A stretch of 63,999 nucleotides of DNA, counting the filler, from Globobulimina sp. (taxonomy: Eukaryota), in the NCBI GenBank assembly GCA_003354225.1. It is 12 parts of 12 records of this genome, joined end to end, with 100 filler letters (N's around TTAATTAATTAA, not from the genome) between each part and the next. Parts side by side here need not be neighbours in the genome. Positions count along the whole stretch, not along the records: positions 10,735 to 15,998 come from PIVH01000653.1; positions 16,099 to 21,361 come from PIVH01000654.1; positions 21,462 to 26,714 come from PIVH01000655.1; 9 more parts are not named here. One strand, written 5' to 3'. The translations under genes and the position numbers were made by a program. The notes beneath the pieces are model-generated. The model ran no database searches, was not told where the DNA came from, and saw only the letters and a program-made list of their open reading frames with translations. This document shows, one piece after another, positions 10,976-22,134 of this stretch. The stretch's first letter is position 1, and each line of letters begins with the position of its first letter.

Positions 10976-11506
10976 TTATAATTTTGAAATATTTAGCATT
11001 GTGCCTGCTTTAGTTTTTCCGATATGAAACAAAGCCTTTTGTATGACACAAATACCACCATTTTCATCACATATTTTAATTTCAAGATCAATTTTTCGTT
11101 TTTCAATGTCAATGCTTATCACTCTTCCATTGATTACATACAGTTTCTTTACTTTAATAGGTTTCTTGTAAAATAATTTTACTGTTTGAGTAACACAAAA
11201 CCAATTAGAAACCAATGCGGAAATTGCAGCGCCAGCATCATCCATTAACATAGCACTTAATCCGCCATGCATTGCAAGTGGTGTTCCTTTAGACATTTTA
11301 CTTGCAATAAACAATACTTTGTATTGTTTTAACTTTGGTTGATATAATGGAACATAATGAGTGATTATATCATTATTAATATTAGTAACATGATTAATGA
11401 AGCTCTGTTTATGCATCATTCTTTGGAATTTATACCACGGATCATTAATCCATCCATTTTGTTTCAATTTATCATGTTTTTGTTGCAGTTGTTCTACAGG
11501 ATCCAT
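10976..11506 (-). CDS. Hotdog-fold acyl-CoA thioesterase (THEM4/PaaI-like) with PTS1
   Basis: G-x-P..MHGGLSAMLMDD motif, LFYKKPI, C-terminal SKL. Start at 11506 (MDPVEQ) or 11566. Confidence 0.85.
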   Translation of the reverse strand: MDPVEQLQQKHDKLKQNGWINDPWYKFQRMMHKQSFINHVTNINNDIITHYVPLYQPKLKQYKVLFIASKMSKGTPLAMHGGLSAMLMDDAGAAISALVSNWFCVTQTVKLFYKKPIKVKKLYVINGRVISIDIEKRKIDLEIKICDENGGICVIQKALFHIGKTKAGTMLNISKL

Positions 11507-11667
11507 TATTAATACTGTGAGGCTAGAAAGAGAAACGATTTTGACGACGAAGTAACGTTCTTGCATGGTAATGAATGAATGGATTTACATCACATGTCTA
11601 TAAATTACAATTATAAATAAGCCCAACTAAAAGAAAAGGGTCAATAATATTTAATATATGAATTGTA

Positions 11668-14600
11668 TCATTCACTCTCCGTTTCCTCATCATTATAATC
11701 ATAATCATTGGATTGGTTTTCATTTATTTCATCAGTATTAACTACATCTAACTCTTTTTCCTCATTTTCTTCTTCTTCTTCTTCATCATCATCATCTTCA
11801 TCGTCTTCCTCTTCAATATCATCAACATATAAACTCGCAGCAAATACAATTCCACGTTGTAATTTTTCAATACATTCACTGAATTTTTTGGATAATATAT
11901 CATTGCCAATTGCTTTCGCCGCATCCGTTAAATTATTAATCAGATCTCGCAACCTCTTAATAAATCGAATCAAAGCCCCTTCAAACAACGGCGTCATCTT
12001 ATTTACATTAATAAAATCCTCACCATTCACCCACTGAAATATGGGGTTAATTAAATCCGGAACAAATGAAGAAATATAATCATCCTCATCATCAATAGAG
12101 ATAATATCAAATAATCCAAACTCTTTCGTTAAACCACACTCTTTTTTAATGAATAATATCTCCCTGGCTTTCATCAATATTTTCTCATAACAATTGTGCA
12201 CAATTACCGGTACGGGGAAATTTACTTTTTCATTCTTATCATTTCCAGCTTTTTTAGTTGGTTTATCCAACACAAACACACTGACCACAGCGCAGATCTC
12301 CTCCGCTGTCAACTCATTAAAGAAATTATCAAACATTAACTCTGTAATCAATATCTCGTGATTTGTTTCTAAATATGATGCAGTGGTTCCTTTCGAAGTT
12401 AATATATTTTCCTCATTCAAATATTCCAATCTCTTCAACACTCGACATTTACACTTTAATTCCTTGGCAAACTCTCCAACATTGTATGTCGACAACTTAT
12501 TCCGCAATGTATCAAATTCTTTTTTTGAGCTTTTATATTGTTTATATAACTCAAATAAAACTAATTCCGCTTTTTCATAATCTTGTTTCACATCAAATTT
12601 GTTTTTAAATTTACTTTTGAAATAATTGGTGTCAATCATCCGCTGATTCAATTTGGGCAATCTCTCTTCGAAGTCGTTTTTCAATGCTATTTTATTTGTA
12701 TCCCGATACAATGACAAGATCTCCATATCAGTAAACATATCCATTTCAGGGATCCTATTCACAAAATGAGTGTACACTTTCGTTAATTTATCGTATACAG
12801 CATAATAATCCTCGTCTTTCACAATGGAGTGTGGTAACAATTTATTCAAACGAACACTGCTTATTTTCCGGATACAACTGGTACCAAATCGAACCACCAA
12901 CAAACCATACTTGTCTTTACACGAATCATCCAATGACTTAAAGTCAATCGGTTTGCTCAAATCAATATTTTCATCCATAACCGGTGCGGGTTGGATCAGC
13001 TGCTCTTGATTTGTATTATCAATTTTCTGTGCTGGTATTAAAATATCTGCAAAATACGAATCAGGTTGATGTCGTTGACAATGTCCCAGTACAACGCCCC
13101 AGCCCCAAACCTCATTTTTGCCATTTTCGCGTCGAACCTCCACAAACACAATCCTCCCATACTGCAAATACTTATTCATAATATAGCCACAGCTCATGAT
13201 ACCATGCGCTTTGTCTAATATCTTCCTCCGCAACGCATACAAATCAAAATATATTTTCATATCATTGAAATCAGCGGCATCCTCCACCTCATTCACCACA
13301 TCTCGCAACTGCTTACTCCTGGACTCAATTTGCGGGATCCTCTGCGTCATCAAAAAGCGATAAAAACTGCGTTCGATCACCGTCTGATACGAAAAATTAT
13401 CCTCCGAATCCATAACATCCTCACCCACCTCTTTGGACACATTGGTTCGAATATTTTTCGATATATTCAACAACATATTATACGTCAATCTAAACGAACT
13501 GGTCAACGCGCCAGCTTTCCCACACATTAATTGCCTGCACTCTTCCTTACCAAACCCGTCATTCATCATCAGAATCACAATGCCTCTGTCATCTATGCCG
13601 CGGCGCCCCGCTCTCCCACTCATCTGAATATACTCCGAGCTGCTCAGGAACCGCATAGACCGTCCATCAAACTTCTCAATCGCAGAAAACACCACACACT
13701 TTGCCGGCATATTCACGCCCATCGCAAAGGTCTCCGTGGCGAATAATACCCGGATCAGTCCCTCCTGGAACAATATCTCAGTCACTTCCTTCAATATCGG
13801 CAGAATTCCCCCATGATGCACGCCAATGCCCTTCATCAATAAGGGCAGCAATGATCTGACTGCGGGTAATTGCTTATCTTTGTCACTCAGTGAATCGATG
13901 GCGTTGTTGAACACCTGTTCGATCAGCTCGCTCTCCTGTTTGCTGCAGAAATTGATACTGTCGTTCAACGCCAACGCATGGCCCTCCACTTCGCGTTTAT
14001 TGAAAGCAAACACAATGGCGGGACACCAATCCTTCTTATACAGCATATACAGCAATAACTGCAGCTCACTGATTTTCAATTTACTGCGCTTTCTAGCTTC
14101 AGCCAACTGCGCGTAGGTTTTTTCTTGCTTTTTCGCAGTGACTGCATGATCAAAATTAGCATCCATGAAAGTATTCGTCTGACTGCTGGACACTAGATAC
14201 AATGCATCGCCTCCACGAGGCAGGATATAATGCTCCAACACCACGGGCCGTGCTTCAGTGCCAATGATTTTGCATTCGCGCTGTTTTAAGTCTGTAACCC
14301 ACAGTGCGAAGTCGTCAGAGTTGCTCAGCGTGGCACTGAGGAAGATCAGCGTTATTTTTTTGTTTAATAATATGATGCTTTCCTCCCAAACAACGCCGCG
14401 TTCCAGGTCTCGCATATAATGCACTTCGTCAAACACAACATATGCCACCTCACGCAGCTCACTGCCGCCTTGGTACAGCATATTGCGCAGAATCTCGGTG
14501 GTCATCACCAAGACGGAAGCATTTCTGCGTTTGGTCACGTCGCCGGTGATTAGGCCGATGTTGCTATGGCCGAACTTTTCGGTGAATTCGCGGTACTTTT

Positions 14601-15225
14601 GGTTGGATAAAGCTTTGATGGGAGAGGTATAAATGACGCGTTGGTTGTTTTGCAGAGCTTTGGCGATGGCGTATTCTGCGACCACTGTCTTTCCCGCAGA
14701 CGTATGAGCGGTGATCAATAAGTTTACATGTTCCGTTTCCAGAGATTTGATCGCTTCGAGCTGGAACTCGTCCAATTCAAAAAGGAAAGATTTGGCGGGT
14801 TCAGGTACGGTATCTAATAACTTTTGATTCAAAATTGGAAGGGGTTGTTGTGGTTCATTTTGGTCGTCGTGTTCTGTTTCAATTTGCGTCGAGTTGTTGC
14901 TGTTTGGTGTAGCGATTGGAGGCGGAATGGATGATATTTGAGCATGGTAGGATTGGACTTGTTGGTTGATTTGGAGTGATATGTTGTTGTTTGTGTTGCT
15001 TTCATTGGATATGGAATCATTTTCATTTTCATCCTTGCGTTGAGTTTCATCATCCTTTTCTAACGCTGGAATTTGATTCGATTGCATGCAATCTTGGAAT
15101 TGTGTTATTGCCACACATTCAAATGATTTTAATTTTTTTTTAGGGTGAACAGGTACGTCAGCTTTGTCTGTCGGTGAATCGGGAGATACTAAATCAACGT
15201 ATTTCCTTTTTTTAGGTGTTGGCAT
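11668..15225 (-). CDS. MTR4: Exosome-associated Ski2-family RNA helicase MTR4/DOB1
   Basis: AHTSAGKT, YTSPIKALSNQKYREF, DEVHYMRDLERGVVWEE, SAT, HHGG, QMSGRAGRRG, arch/KOW region and DSHCT ending RGIVFAASLY; N-terminal NLS-like PKKRK. Confidence 0.93.
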   Translation of the reverse strand: MPTPKKRKYVDLVSPDSPTDKADVPVHPKKKLKSFECVAITQFQDCMQSNQIPALEKDDETQRKDENENDSISNESNTNNNISLQINQQVQSYHAQISSIPPPIATPNSNNSTQIETEHDDQNEPQQPLPILNQKLLDTVPEPAKSFLFELDEFQLEAIKSLETEHVNLLITAHTSAGKTVVAEYAIAKALQNNQRVIYTSPIKALSNQKYREFTEKFGHSNIGLITGDVTKRRNASVLVMTTEILRNMLYQGGSELREVAYVVFDEVHYMRDLERGVVWEESIILLNKKITLIFLSATLSNSDDFALWVTDLKQRECKIIGTEARPVVLEHYILPRGGDALYLVSSSQTNTFMDANFDHAVTAKKQEKTYAQLAEARKRSKLKISELQLLLYMLYKKDWCPAIVFAFNKREVEGHALALNDSINFCSKQESELIEQVFNNAIDSLSDKDKQLPAVRSLLPLLMKGIGVHHGGILPILKEVTEILFQEGLIRVLFATETFAMGVNMPAKCVVFSAIEKFDGRSMRFLSSSEYIQMSGRAGRRGIDDRGIVILMMNDGFGKEECRQLMCGKAGALTSSFRLTYNMLLNISKNIRTNVSKEVGEDVMDSEDNFSYQTVIERSFYRFLMTQRIPQIESRSKQLRDVVNEVEDAADFNDMKIYFDLYALRRKILDKAHGIMSCGYIMNKYLQYGRIVFVEVRRENGKNEVWGWGVVLGHCQRHQPDSYFADILIPAQKIDNTNQEQLIQPAPVMDENIDLSKPIDFKSLDDSCKDKYGLLVVRFGTSCIRKISSVRLNKLLPHSIVKDEDYYAVYDKLTKVYTHFVNRIPEMDMFTDMEILSLYRDTNKIALKNDFEERLPKLNQRMIDTNYFKSKFKNKFDVKQDYEKAELVLFELYKQYKSSKKEFDTLRNKLSTYNVGEFAKELKCKCRVLKRLEYLNEENILTSKGTTASYLETNHEILITELMFDNFFNELTAEEICAVVSVFVLDKPTKKAGNDKNEKVNFPVPVIVHNCYEKILMKAREILFIKKECGLTKEFGLFDIISIDDEDDYISSFVPDLINPIFQWVNGEDFINVNKMTPLFEGALIRFIKRLRDLINNLTDAAKAIGNDILSKKFSECIEKLQRGIVFAASLYVDDIEEEDDEDDDDEEEEEENEEKELDVVNTDEINENQSNDYDYNDEETESE

Positions 15226-15296
15226 GGTTAAAAATTGAGGAAAAAGTTGCTAAAAAAAACTTGCTAAAGATTTGTACAGCAATCAAATTAAGAAAC

Positions 15297-15725
15297 ATGT
15301 TGCTGTGTGTATTTGTAGCTGCAATATTGCACCATGTAAACGCAGCAGTTACAGAAGATTTTATTCGTTATAATGATTTAGGTGGCTTACCATACAATGT
15401 AACAGCGGATGAACGATCATTTATAATCAATGGTAAACGTACTATTTTATTGGGCGGAAGTGTTCATTATCCAAGATTTTCACCGGCTGATTGGCCAAGT
15501 ATTTTTGAAAAGGCATTAGCCGATGGATTAAATCATTTGGAAGTGTATGTATTTTGGAATTTACATGAACCTGCATATGATTTCAGTGGTAAACATGTAT
15601 ATAATTACGAAGGAAGAGCAAATTTATCACAATTTTTACAAGATGCCAAAGAAGGCGGTGTATTTATTAATCTTAGAATTGGACCATATGCTTGTGCTGA
15701 ATGGTCTTTTGGTGGAGTACCGACA
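15297..15725 (+). CDS. Glycoside hydrolase family 35 beta-galactosidase, N-terminal part only
   Basis: Signal peptide, then GSVHYPR, YVFWNLHEP and LRIGPYACAEWSFGGVP; no continuation found before the contig end. Confidence 0.88.
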
Positions 15726-15998
15726 GTTTAGTTATATTATCCCATAAGTTCAAGCTACATCCCTCCACCTTATAATCTGATGGCAAAATATGTTTCAACA
15801 TAACTTTTGTTCTTGTTTTTGTTCTTGTTGAGTAAAAAAACAATAGCCACGAACTCCATCACCAGACACACACTGCACCGCAGTCATGACTTATTAAGGT
15901 AATTTATATTGTGGTGAGCAATCAGTCTGCAGTGACTAATACACATATTTTCATTGTTGCACTGCAGACACTGCGGACATACCTATTGAGTCCGTTAC

Positions 15999-16098
15999 NN
16001 NNNNNNNNNNNNNNNNNNNNNNNNNNNNNNNNNNNNNNNNNNTTAATTAATTAANNNNNNNNNNNNNNNNNNNNNNNNNNNNNNNNNNNNNNNNNNNN
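15999..16098. other. Artificial contig spacer 3
   Basis: N44-TTAATTAATTAA-N44. Confidence 0.99.
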
Positions 16099-17307
16099 AT
16101 TATCCGCATCCATCTCGAGCGGTGATGTAAGACAAGTGACTGAAAATATTTTTAAATTCTTCATTTTTGCTGCAATCAAAGGAATTAATGCGTGTTGACT
16201 GTGCAATACATTCCAATGCCGACAATTTAAAGTCAATGATTCTAATTTGTTATAATTATTAATCACAGGAATAATGATAGATTTACTCAATGTGGATAGT
16301 TGTGGTGTGTCCCGCGTCGGATCAGCAAAACCAGGCAAAATAATTCCAAATTGCAAATGTTTTAATTGTGGGAAATGTGTAATTAATTTCGCTTGAATTT
16401 GCATGATGATTTTCTGTACATTAGTATTCAATCTTTGTGATGGTTTAAAAATATCCCTATTCCATATCAGATTTGTGATGGGTAAATGAGGGAATTCATT
16501 CATAATAAATAATAACAAATTAAATGGAGCTGTTTGGGCCACTGCATACTCACTGGAACTAAAATAATTGGGATGGATTTGTAATGTACGTAAATCTGAT
16601 ATACTTTGAGAAATTATTGTTTTTAAAATACATTTAAAAAGTTTTGAATGCGTTTTTTTAGTATTTTCCCAATTTTTATCGTTATCATCATGATCATGAT
16701 ATAAATAATGTAAATTGATGTGTTTATAATTTGATAGAAAATTTAAATTAATTTTATTTTTAACAACGTTTAAAAATAATTTTCTGTCGAATTTTAAATA
16801 ATAATGTGTTAACGCTGGAAATTGTTTATTTAAATAAGTAAAATATATGCAGGTATGTTGAATTTTACATAATTGTCTATATGATAAATATTGAAAGGAA
16901 TATGCTAAAACTTGAGGATGAATGGAGAATAAACTTTTATTTTGCTTGCTTTTGCAGTTTCGTTGGATTTTTTTGACAATTTTTTTATTATATTTTTTCC
17001 CATATTTGAGATTCAATTTTGATAATATTTGTTTATCGATTACATTCAGTTTTGTATCGCTATTATCAGCATTTAATAAGCTCTTTGATGTCGTTTGTGT
17101 GTAAGACACTGTTTTATCATGTTTACGTTTTGATAATTTTGATTGTAAATATGTTTCAATTAAATGTTTTAATTCGTTTTTGTTTAATGATAATACAAAT
17201 TTTCGTAAGACTTTGAATGATGCTGATTCTGTGGCTTTGGAGTTTTTAATAAATGACCATAAATCTAAATCTTGTTTCAATGAATCATCAGTTTCTCCTG
17301 ACGACAT
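16099..17307 (-). CDS. F-box-like / LRR-like protein, 3' truncated
   Basis: SLFSIHPQVLAYSFQYLSYRQLCKIQHTC resembles an F-box; downstream LxxLxL repeats (LRTLQI, LKHLQF, LESLTL, LKIFSV). Confidence 0.6.
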
Positions 17308-17366
17308 GCGCGCACTTTTTTTTGAAACTTTTTTTATTCAACCTTACAATTAAACATATCGCCAGG

Positions 17367-18395
17367 ATGAAACTTGTGTTATTGTTGTTAGCAGTGTGTG
17401 GATTGCCAGTTTCATCCAAAGATTGTGCAGGCAAAGTCTGCAAATCAAGAGAATGTAAAAAAGTGGTAAAATATTTTACAGCTCATGTGGAAATTGTTGG
17501 TCCTGATTTTGAATGTAATTCGCCAATAGATTTTTCAAATCATTCTCAATTACTGATAAGCGAACAAGATCCATTTTTAGTACTACATGAGTTTGGTCCG
17601 CGTGATTGGGCAATTGGTGAAAATAAAGGTGTTCCCCTTCACCCACATGCTGGCTTTGAATCAGTGACATATATTAAAACGGGAGAATCTAAACATACGG
17701 ACAACTTAGGAAATGGAGAAATATTATATTCAGGTGATTGTCAATGGACATCTGCAGGAAATGGCATCTTACATTCGGAGAGTACTCAGCATCCTGGTGG
17801 CTTACAACATGGTTTTCAATTTTGGATCAATGTAAAGCGTGAATATAAATACAATTCTCCAAAATATCAATTTTTATCACATCAAACTTTTCCGTATTTG
17901 AGTGTCGGCGATAATGTTAAAATTAAGGTGATCGTTGGTAAATATTATGACGATATGAATGATAAATTGCATGAATCGCCAATTAGCACCAATGCAAATG
18001 CCTATATTTTGGATATTATGATTGGAAGTGGTGGCAGTTATTTGTACGAAATACCCTCTGATTATTCATTTGAAACGTATATTATTTATGTATATCAAGG
18101 GATTGGTTCAATTAAAAATGGTGATGAATGGATTGATGTGTCAAGAAAATCAACAATATATTTTGATGAGGTCACTGGGAATTGTATTCACGTAAAATCA
18201 ATGAGAGAGGCTATCCAATTTGGGTTTGTATTAATGATCGGCGAACCTGTAAAAGAAGATATATTTGGTGATAATACCGATTTGCATAAAGGATTTATTA
18301 TGAATACTCAGAAAGAAGTAGATGATTTTGTTGAGAAATTTGAAAATGGTGACTTTGTTCAACAACTTGAAACTCCACAAAAGATAATTTTTTAA
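17367..18395 (+). CDS. Pirin-family bicupin with predicted signal peptide
   Basis: DPFLVLHEF, PLHPHAGFESVTY, QWTSAGNGILHSE, GFQFWIN, GEP; N-terminus MKLVLLLLAVCGLPVSS. Confidence 0.9.
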   Translation: MKLVLLLLAVCGLPVSSKDCAGKVCKSRECKKVVKYFTAHVEIVGPDFECNSPIDFSNHSQLLISEQDPFLVLHEFGPRDWAIGENKGVPLHPHAGFESVTYIKTGESKHTDNLGNGEILYSGDCQWTSAGNGILHSESTQHPGGLQHGFQFWINVKREYKYNSPKYQFLSHQTFPYLSVGDNVKIKVIVGKYYDDMNDKLHESPISTNANAYILDIMIGSGGSYLYEIPSDYSFETYIIYVYQGIGSIKNGDEWIDVSRKSTIYFDEVTGNCIHVKSMREAIQFGFVLMIGEPVKEDIFGDNTDLHKGFIMNTQKEVDDFVEKFENGDFVQQLETPQKIIF

Positions 18396-18538
18396 GGAGA
18401 ACCGATGTTGTGGTAATGCGTTATAATCATCTTGATTCTTGAACGTTAACATATATTTAGAAAAAAGAATTGAAAATAGAGCCTATACGCAGGTTGAAGG
18501 TTGATATTGTTCATTTAACATTGTCGTCTATAGATTAA

Positions 18539-18844
18539 TTATTTCGCATTGGTAATTTTATTCGCATCACCGCCGTTGGCTATAAATGTTTAGCTCAACC
18601 AACAGATTTAGCATTTTCACCAAATGAGAAATGTTTATACGTTTTAGAGATGTTAAAAAATCGAATATTAAGATTTGTACAGACAAATAACGGATTCTTT
18701 TTATATTCTGTATTTTATCAATTTTCAGGAGCAGTTGGACCGAGTGGCATTGATGTTGATTCCGAAGGAAATTTATTTGTCGCAAGATTTGAACATAAAG
18801 GATTAAATCCTCGTCAACGGCAGTGTTACTTCGCAGAAACTTGA
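18539..18844 (+). pseudogene. Fragment of SMP-30/gluconolactonase (SGL) beta-propeller
   Basis: Frame reads CLAQPTDLAFSPNEKCLYVLEMLKNRILRF...GPSGIDVDSEGNLFVA, bounded by stops; there is no room for a full gene between the neighbours. Confidence 0.55.
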
Positions 18845-18865
18845 AGGCTATAATTTATGAATGAT

Positions 18866-19951
18866 TTAAGCAATTACCGAATAAAACTGCGCAATCAAAA
18901 GCAATACATCTGACGGAGCCATACTCTTTTCAACAAATCCATTGATTAACATAGAATGTCTTACTTTATATTTCTTCAATAATTTTATCGGAATTATATC
19001 AAATATATTCACTGAAACATGAAATGAATAATTCTCATTTACATAATCATCGTCAAAAACATCTGTATCTATTTGATGTTTCATAAAATGCAATGTTCGC
19101 TCATTCGTTTTGACACATTTTGCGTTCCCATTTAACAAAACGCTATCAACGCCTTGTAAAACCAATAACGTTTCAGCTTTATACCACATATCATCCAATA
19201 AATCAAGGCACCAAATTTCTTTTTCATTTGGATATATAATAAATATAATCGTATCACAAAATAAAAACCCTGAAAACCAAGCTGTTAAAATTGGTAATTT
19301 AGAATTGAACATTTTCCACTTAAAATCCATTGTATCACAGTACCAAATATCCTGAGTATTAATCCAATAAACAACTTCATTATTTTCCTTTTTACCTCCA
19401 ATAAACATCAATTTGTTCATTGTTTCAATATAAATCAACTGGAAATTTTTGATGTTTTCGCTAAAAATCGTTGTGTTTTGTTTCATTTTATTTTGTATTG
19501 TATCTAAAATTATATGATTGACACCATTCCAATATCCAAGTATATGCAAGTCAGAACCAATAAAAACACCTTTTGCCTCTTTTACATTGACTCTATCTTT
19601 CAAATAATCATCAGCGGCATAATTATATTTTATATTCATAATATTTGTTTGAATATCAATTATGCAGTACATTGGATCATATCCGCCAAACAAATGTAAT
19701 TGGGATTCAGCTATGGCAGCTCCATGCCCTTCTAAATCATTCAGACATAAAACAAGATCCCAATCAGCTAATAATGACCATATAGCGCGCGCAATATCAT
19801 ATTGATAAACACCAGAAAATCTAAATGAAACAAATATGCACTGTTGACCAGTTTGTGCTGTACACACAGTAATTGAACATATCTCATCATTGGTAGTAAC
19901 TGGGCAAGTTGGTAGTGGCATAGATGCAATTTTACAATCTGAAGAAGCCAT
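18866..19951 (-). CDS. Divergent Kelch-like beta-propeller protein
   Basis: LHLFGG, LHILG, LMFIGG, DIWYC, WKM..KLP blades; C-terminal LINGF...PSDVLLLIAQFY. Confidence 0.7.
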   Translation of the reverse strand: MASSDCKIASMPLPTCPVTTNDEICSITVCTAQTGQQCIFVSFRFSGVYQYDIARAIWSLLADWDLVLCLNDLEGHGAAIAESQLHLFGGYDPMYCIIDIQTNIMNIKYNYAADDYLKDRVNVKEAKGVFIGSDLHILGYWNGVNHIILDTIQNKMKQNTTIFSENIKNFQLIYIETMNKLMFIGGKKENNEVVYWINTQDIWYCDTMDFKWKMFNSKLPILTAWFSGFLFCDTIIFIIYPNEKEIWCLDLLDDMWYKAETLLVLQGVDSVLLNGNAKCVKTNERTLHFMKHQIDTDVFDDDYVNENYSFHVSVNIFDIIPIKLLKKYKVRHSMLINGFVEKSMAPSDVLLLIAQFYSVIA

Positions 19952-20019
19952 GCTCCTACAAACCACTAAGCAAATTTAATTCTAACACAACAAAAAAGTA
20001 CAGTAACAGTCATTATATT

Positions 20020-20639
20020 ATGTTCTCAACAATTATACTGTTTCTTATTTTGCTGCCACTTTGCGTTGTACCCACCATTGAACAATACTCTGTGCCATTA
20101 AATGTCTTACGGATTCCAATCAATTACAGACTATCTCTTTTACAATGGGTACTCAGCAAAACAAAGGCACAAAATACTGATAATCTTCGAGTTGTTCCAC
20201 AGGATCTAATCAATAGAATTATTATTGAATCATCAGGCGTTAAAATATCAAAACTATTGTTGTTTTTAGAAGATAGGCTCCGCCCTATCGGTTTTGTTAA
20301 AGATGTATGTAAAATTATAATTTATTTTTCCAAATCATTTTGATATTTTGCGTGTTTCCAATAAAATTATAGCAATACAGTATCAAACAACTTAATGATT
20401 TGTCAATAGTTATAAGCAGAACAGAGTCCGCCATCCCCCAGTCCGACATCCGCAGAACAAAAGAGTATGGACCATTCCATGTCAATAAATTTGATACGCA
20501 TTTTATTATATCGTTTCCCGAAATTAACAAGTTTATTGAAATGATTTATTATCTACTCGTTAGAGAAAGAGTTAGAGGTCCGCTATGGCGTATGTTGATG
20601 GAAAACATTGTGTTACCGAATGGAACAATTGCACAGTGA
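20020..20639 (+). CDS. Small hypothetical secreted protein (2 exons)
   Basis: Signal-like MFSTIILFLILLPLCVVP; phase-0 GT-AG intron 20305-20372 joins two ORFs. Confidence 0.55.
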
Positions 20640-20770
20640 GTTCACCATGAGATGATTACAATACATAGAGTTGCTTTTTTCCAAATAATATTAATAATGA
20701 CAGTTTTAGCTCAAAGTTTTTATATTATGTGAATTGTGCCAAGTTTTCGTAAGCGACTCAGTGTAACATC

Positions 20771-21361
20771 ATGGGTTCGTCTTGTTGCAAGACAGGTGAT
20801 TCAGAGATTGAAGATGGACTAAGCAAAGACAAACAGGCCGATCGTGAAATAAAAAAATTGTTGTTATTAGGAGCAGGCAGTAGCGGCAAATCCACATTTT
20901 TTAAACAATTAAAACGTATTCACGGCAATGGTTTTAGTAGTAAAGACCGCCGTGATTATAGTGCACAAATCGAGAATCAGGTCATCTCCCAAATGCAAAA
21001 ATTAATCATTCGCGGCCGCGAATTAATCGAAGATTACGGTGTTGACAAATATAGTGAGTTAGAGATCGCATCGGAGGAAGCCAAGGAATCGGCCGCCTTC
21101 ATCGAATTATTGGGGCCCTCCACCGACATCAATAAGCAAATCGGCGCACATATAAAAATATTATGGGACGACATCGGCATCCAAAATACGTGGACATTAC
21201 GAGGGTTGATATCTGTGCCTGACTCATGTTCCTATTTTTTTAATTGCATTGATCGCATTTCATCGCCGGGCTACGGCCCGACCGACGAAGACATCTTATT
21301 AGTTCGTAAGAGGACCACTGGCATCATCGAAGAACATTTCTTAATCAAAAATACAAATTAC
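20771..21361 (+). CDS. Heterotrimeric G-protein alpha subunit, 3' truncated
   Basis: MGSSCC lipidation N-terminus, KLLLLGAGSSGKSTFFKQLKRIHG, LWDD.GIQ, YxPTDEDIL, RKRTTGIIE. Confidence 0.95.
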
Positions 21362-21461
21362 NNNNNNNNNNNNNNNNNNNNNNNNNNNNNNNNNNNNNNN
21401 NNNNNTTAATTAATTAANNNNNNNNNNNNNNNNNNNNNNNNNNNNNNNNNNNNNNNNNNNN
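21362..21461. other. Artificial contig spacer 4
   Basis: N44-TTAATTAATTAA-N44. Confidence 0.99.
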
Positions 21462-21850
21462 GACCCAGTCCGGTGCCATCAAGTTCAGAGCGTGGCAAGT
21501 CCCCCACTTGATAGAACTCCTCAAAGATGCGTTCGAGGTTTTCCGGCGCGATCCCGATGCCCGTGTCGGCAACGCTGATTTTGAGATAGTCGGCGTCGTG
21601 CTGCGCACTGAGCGTAATTGTTCCTTGCTCGGTGAAACGCACCGCGTTGGCGAGTAAATTCAGGATCGATTGCATGATACGCGTGCGGTCCAACCAGAGC
21701 ATTGGCAAATCTGATGCCATTTGCACTTCAAACGCGAGTTTCTTGCGGTGAATCATGTCGCGTGCGATGTCCGCTGTCGCCCGGACGACCTCCTCTGCCG
21801 CAACCTCCTCTTTTACGATGGTCATGCGCCCCGCTTCCAGCCGCGAAACC
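21462..21850 (-). CDS. Bacterial-type sensor histidine kinase fragment (HisKA end + HATPase_c), GC-rich
   Basis: SRLEAGRM, N-box DRTRIMQSILNLLANAVRFT, G1 VADTGIGI, F-box IFEEFYQ, G2 GTGLG; GC content visibly higher than the rest of the contig. Confidence 0.9.
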
Positions 21851-22134
21851 AGGTATAAGGTGTCCTCGATTCTCTGTGATTCATTTTCACCCGGCAAATA
21901 ATCAACACATGAATACAATGAGGAAACACATAGTATGAGCACAACAAATACCAATGTTTTTCATTTATGCCAATTACTTTATCTTCAAAGTTTATTTCAG
22001 AGATATGTTAAATGGTGTTTTATATAGTTGTTCTTTTAAATATATTTAAACTTAATATCTTAAATCCCTTTCACCACAAATCGATTATAAATAACTTATA
22101 ATACATGTACTGTCAATGTAAATGTATAGATATC

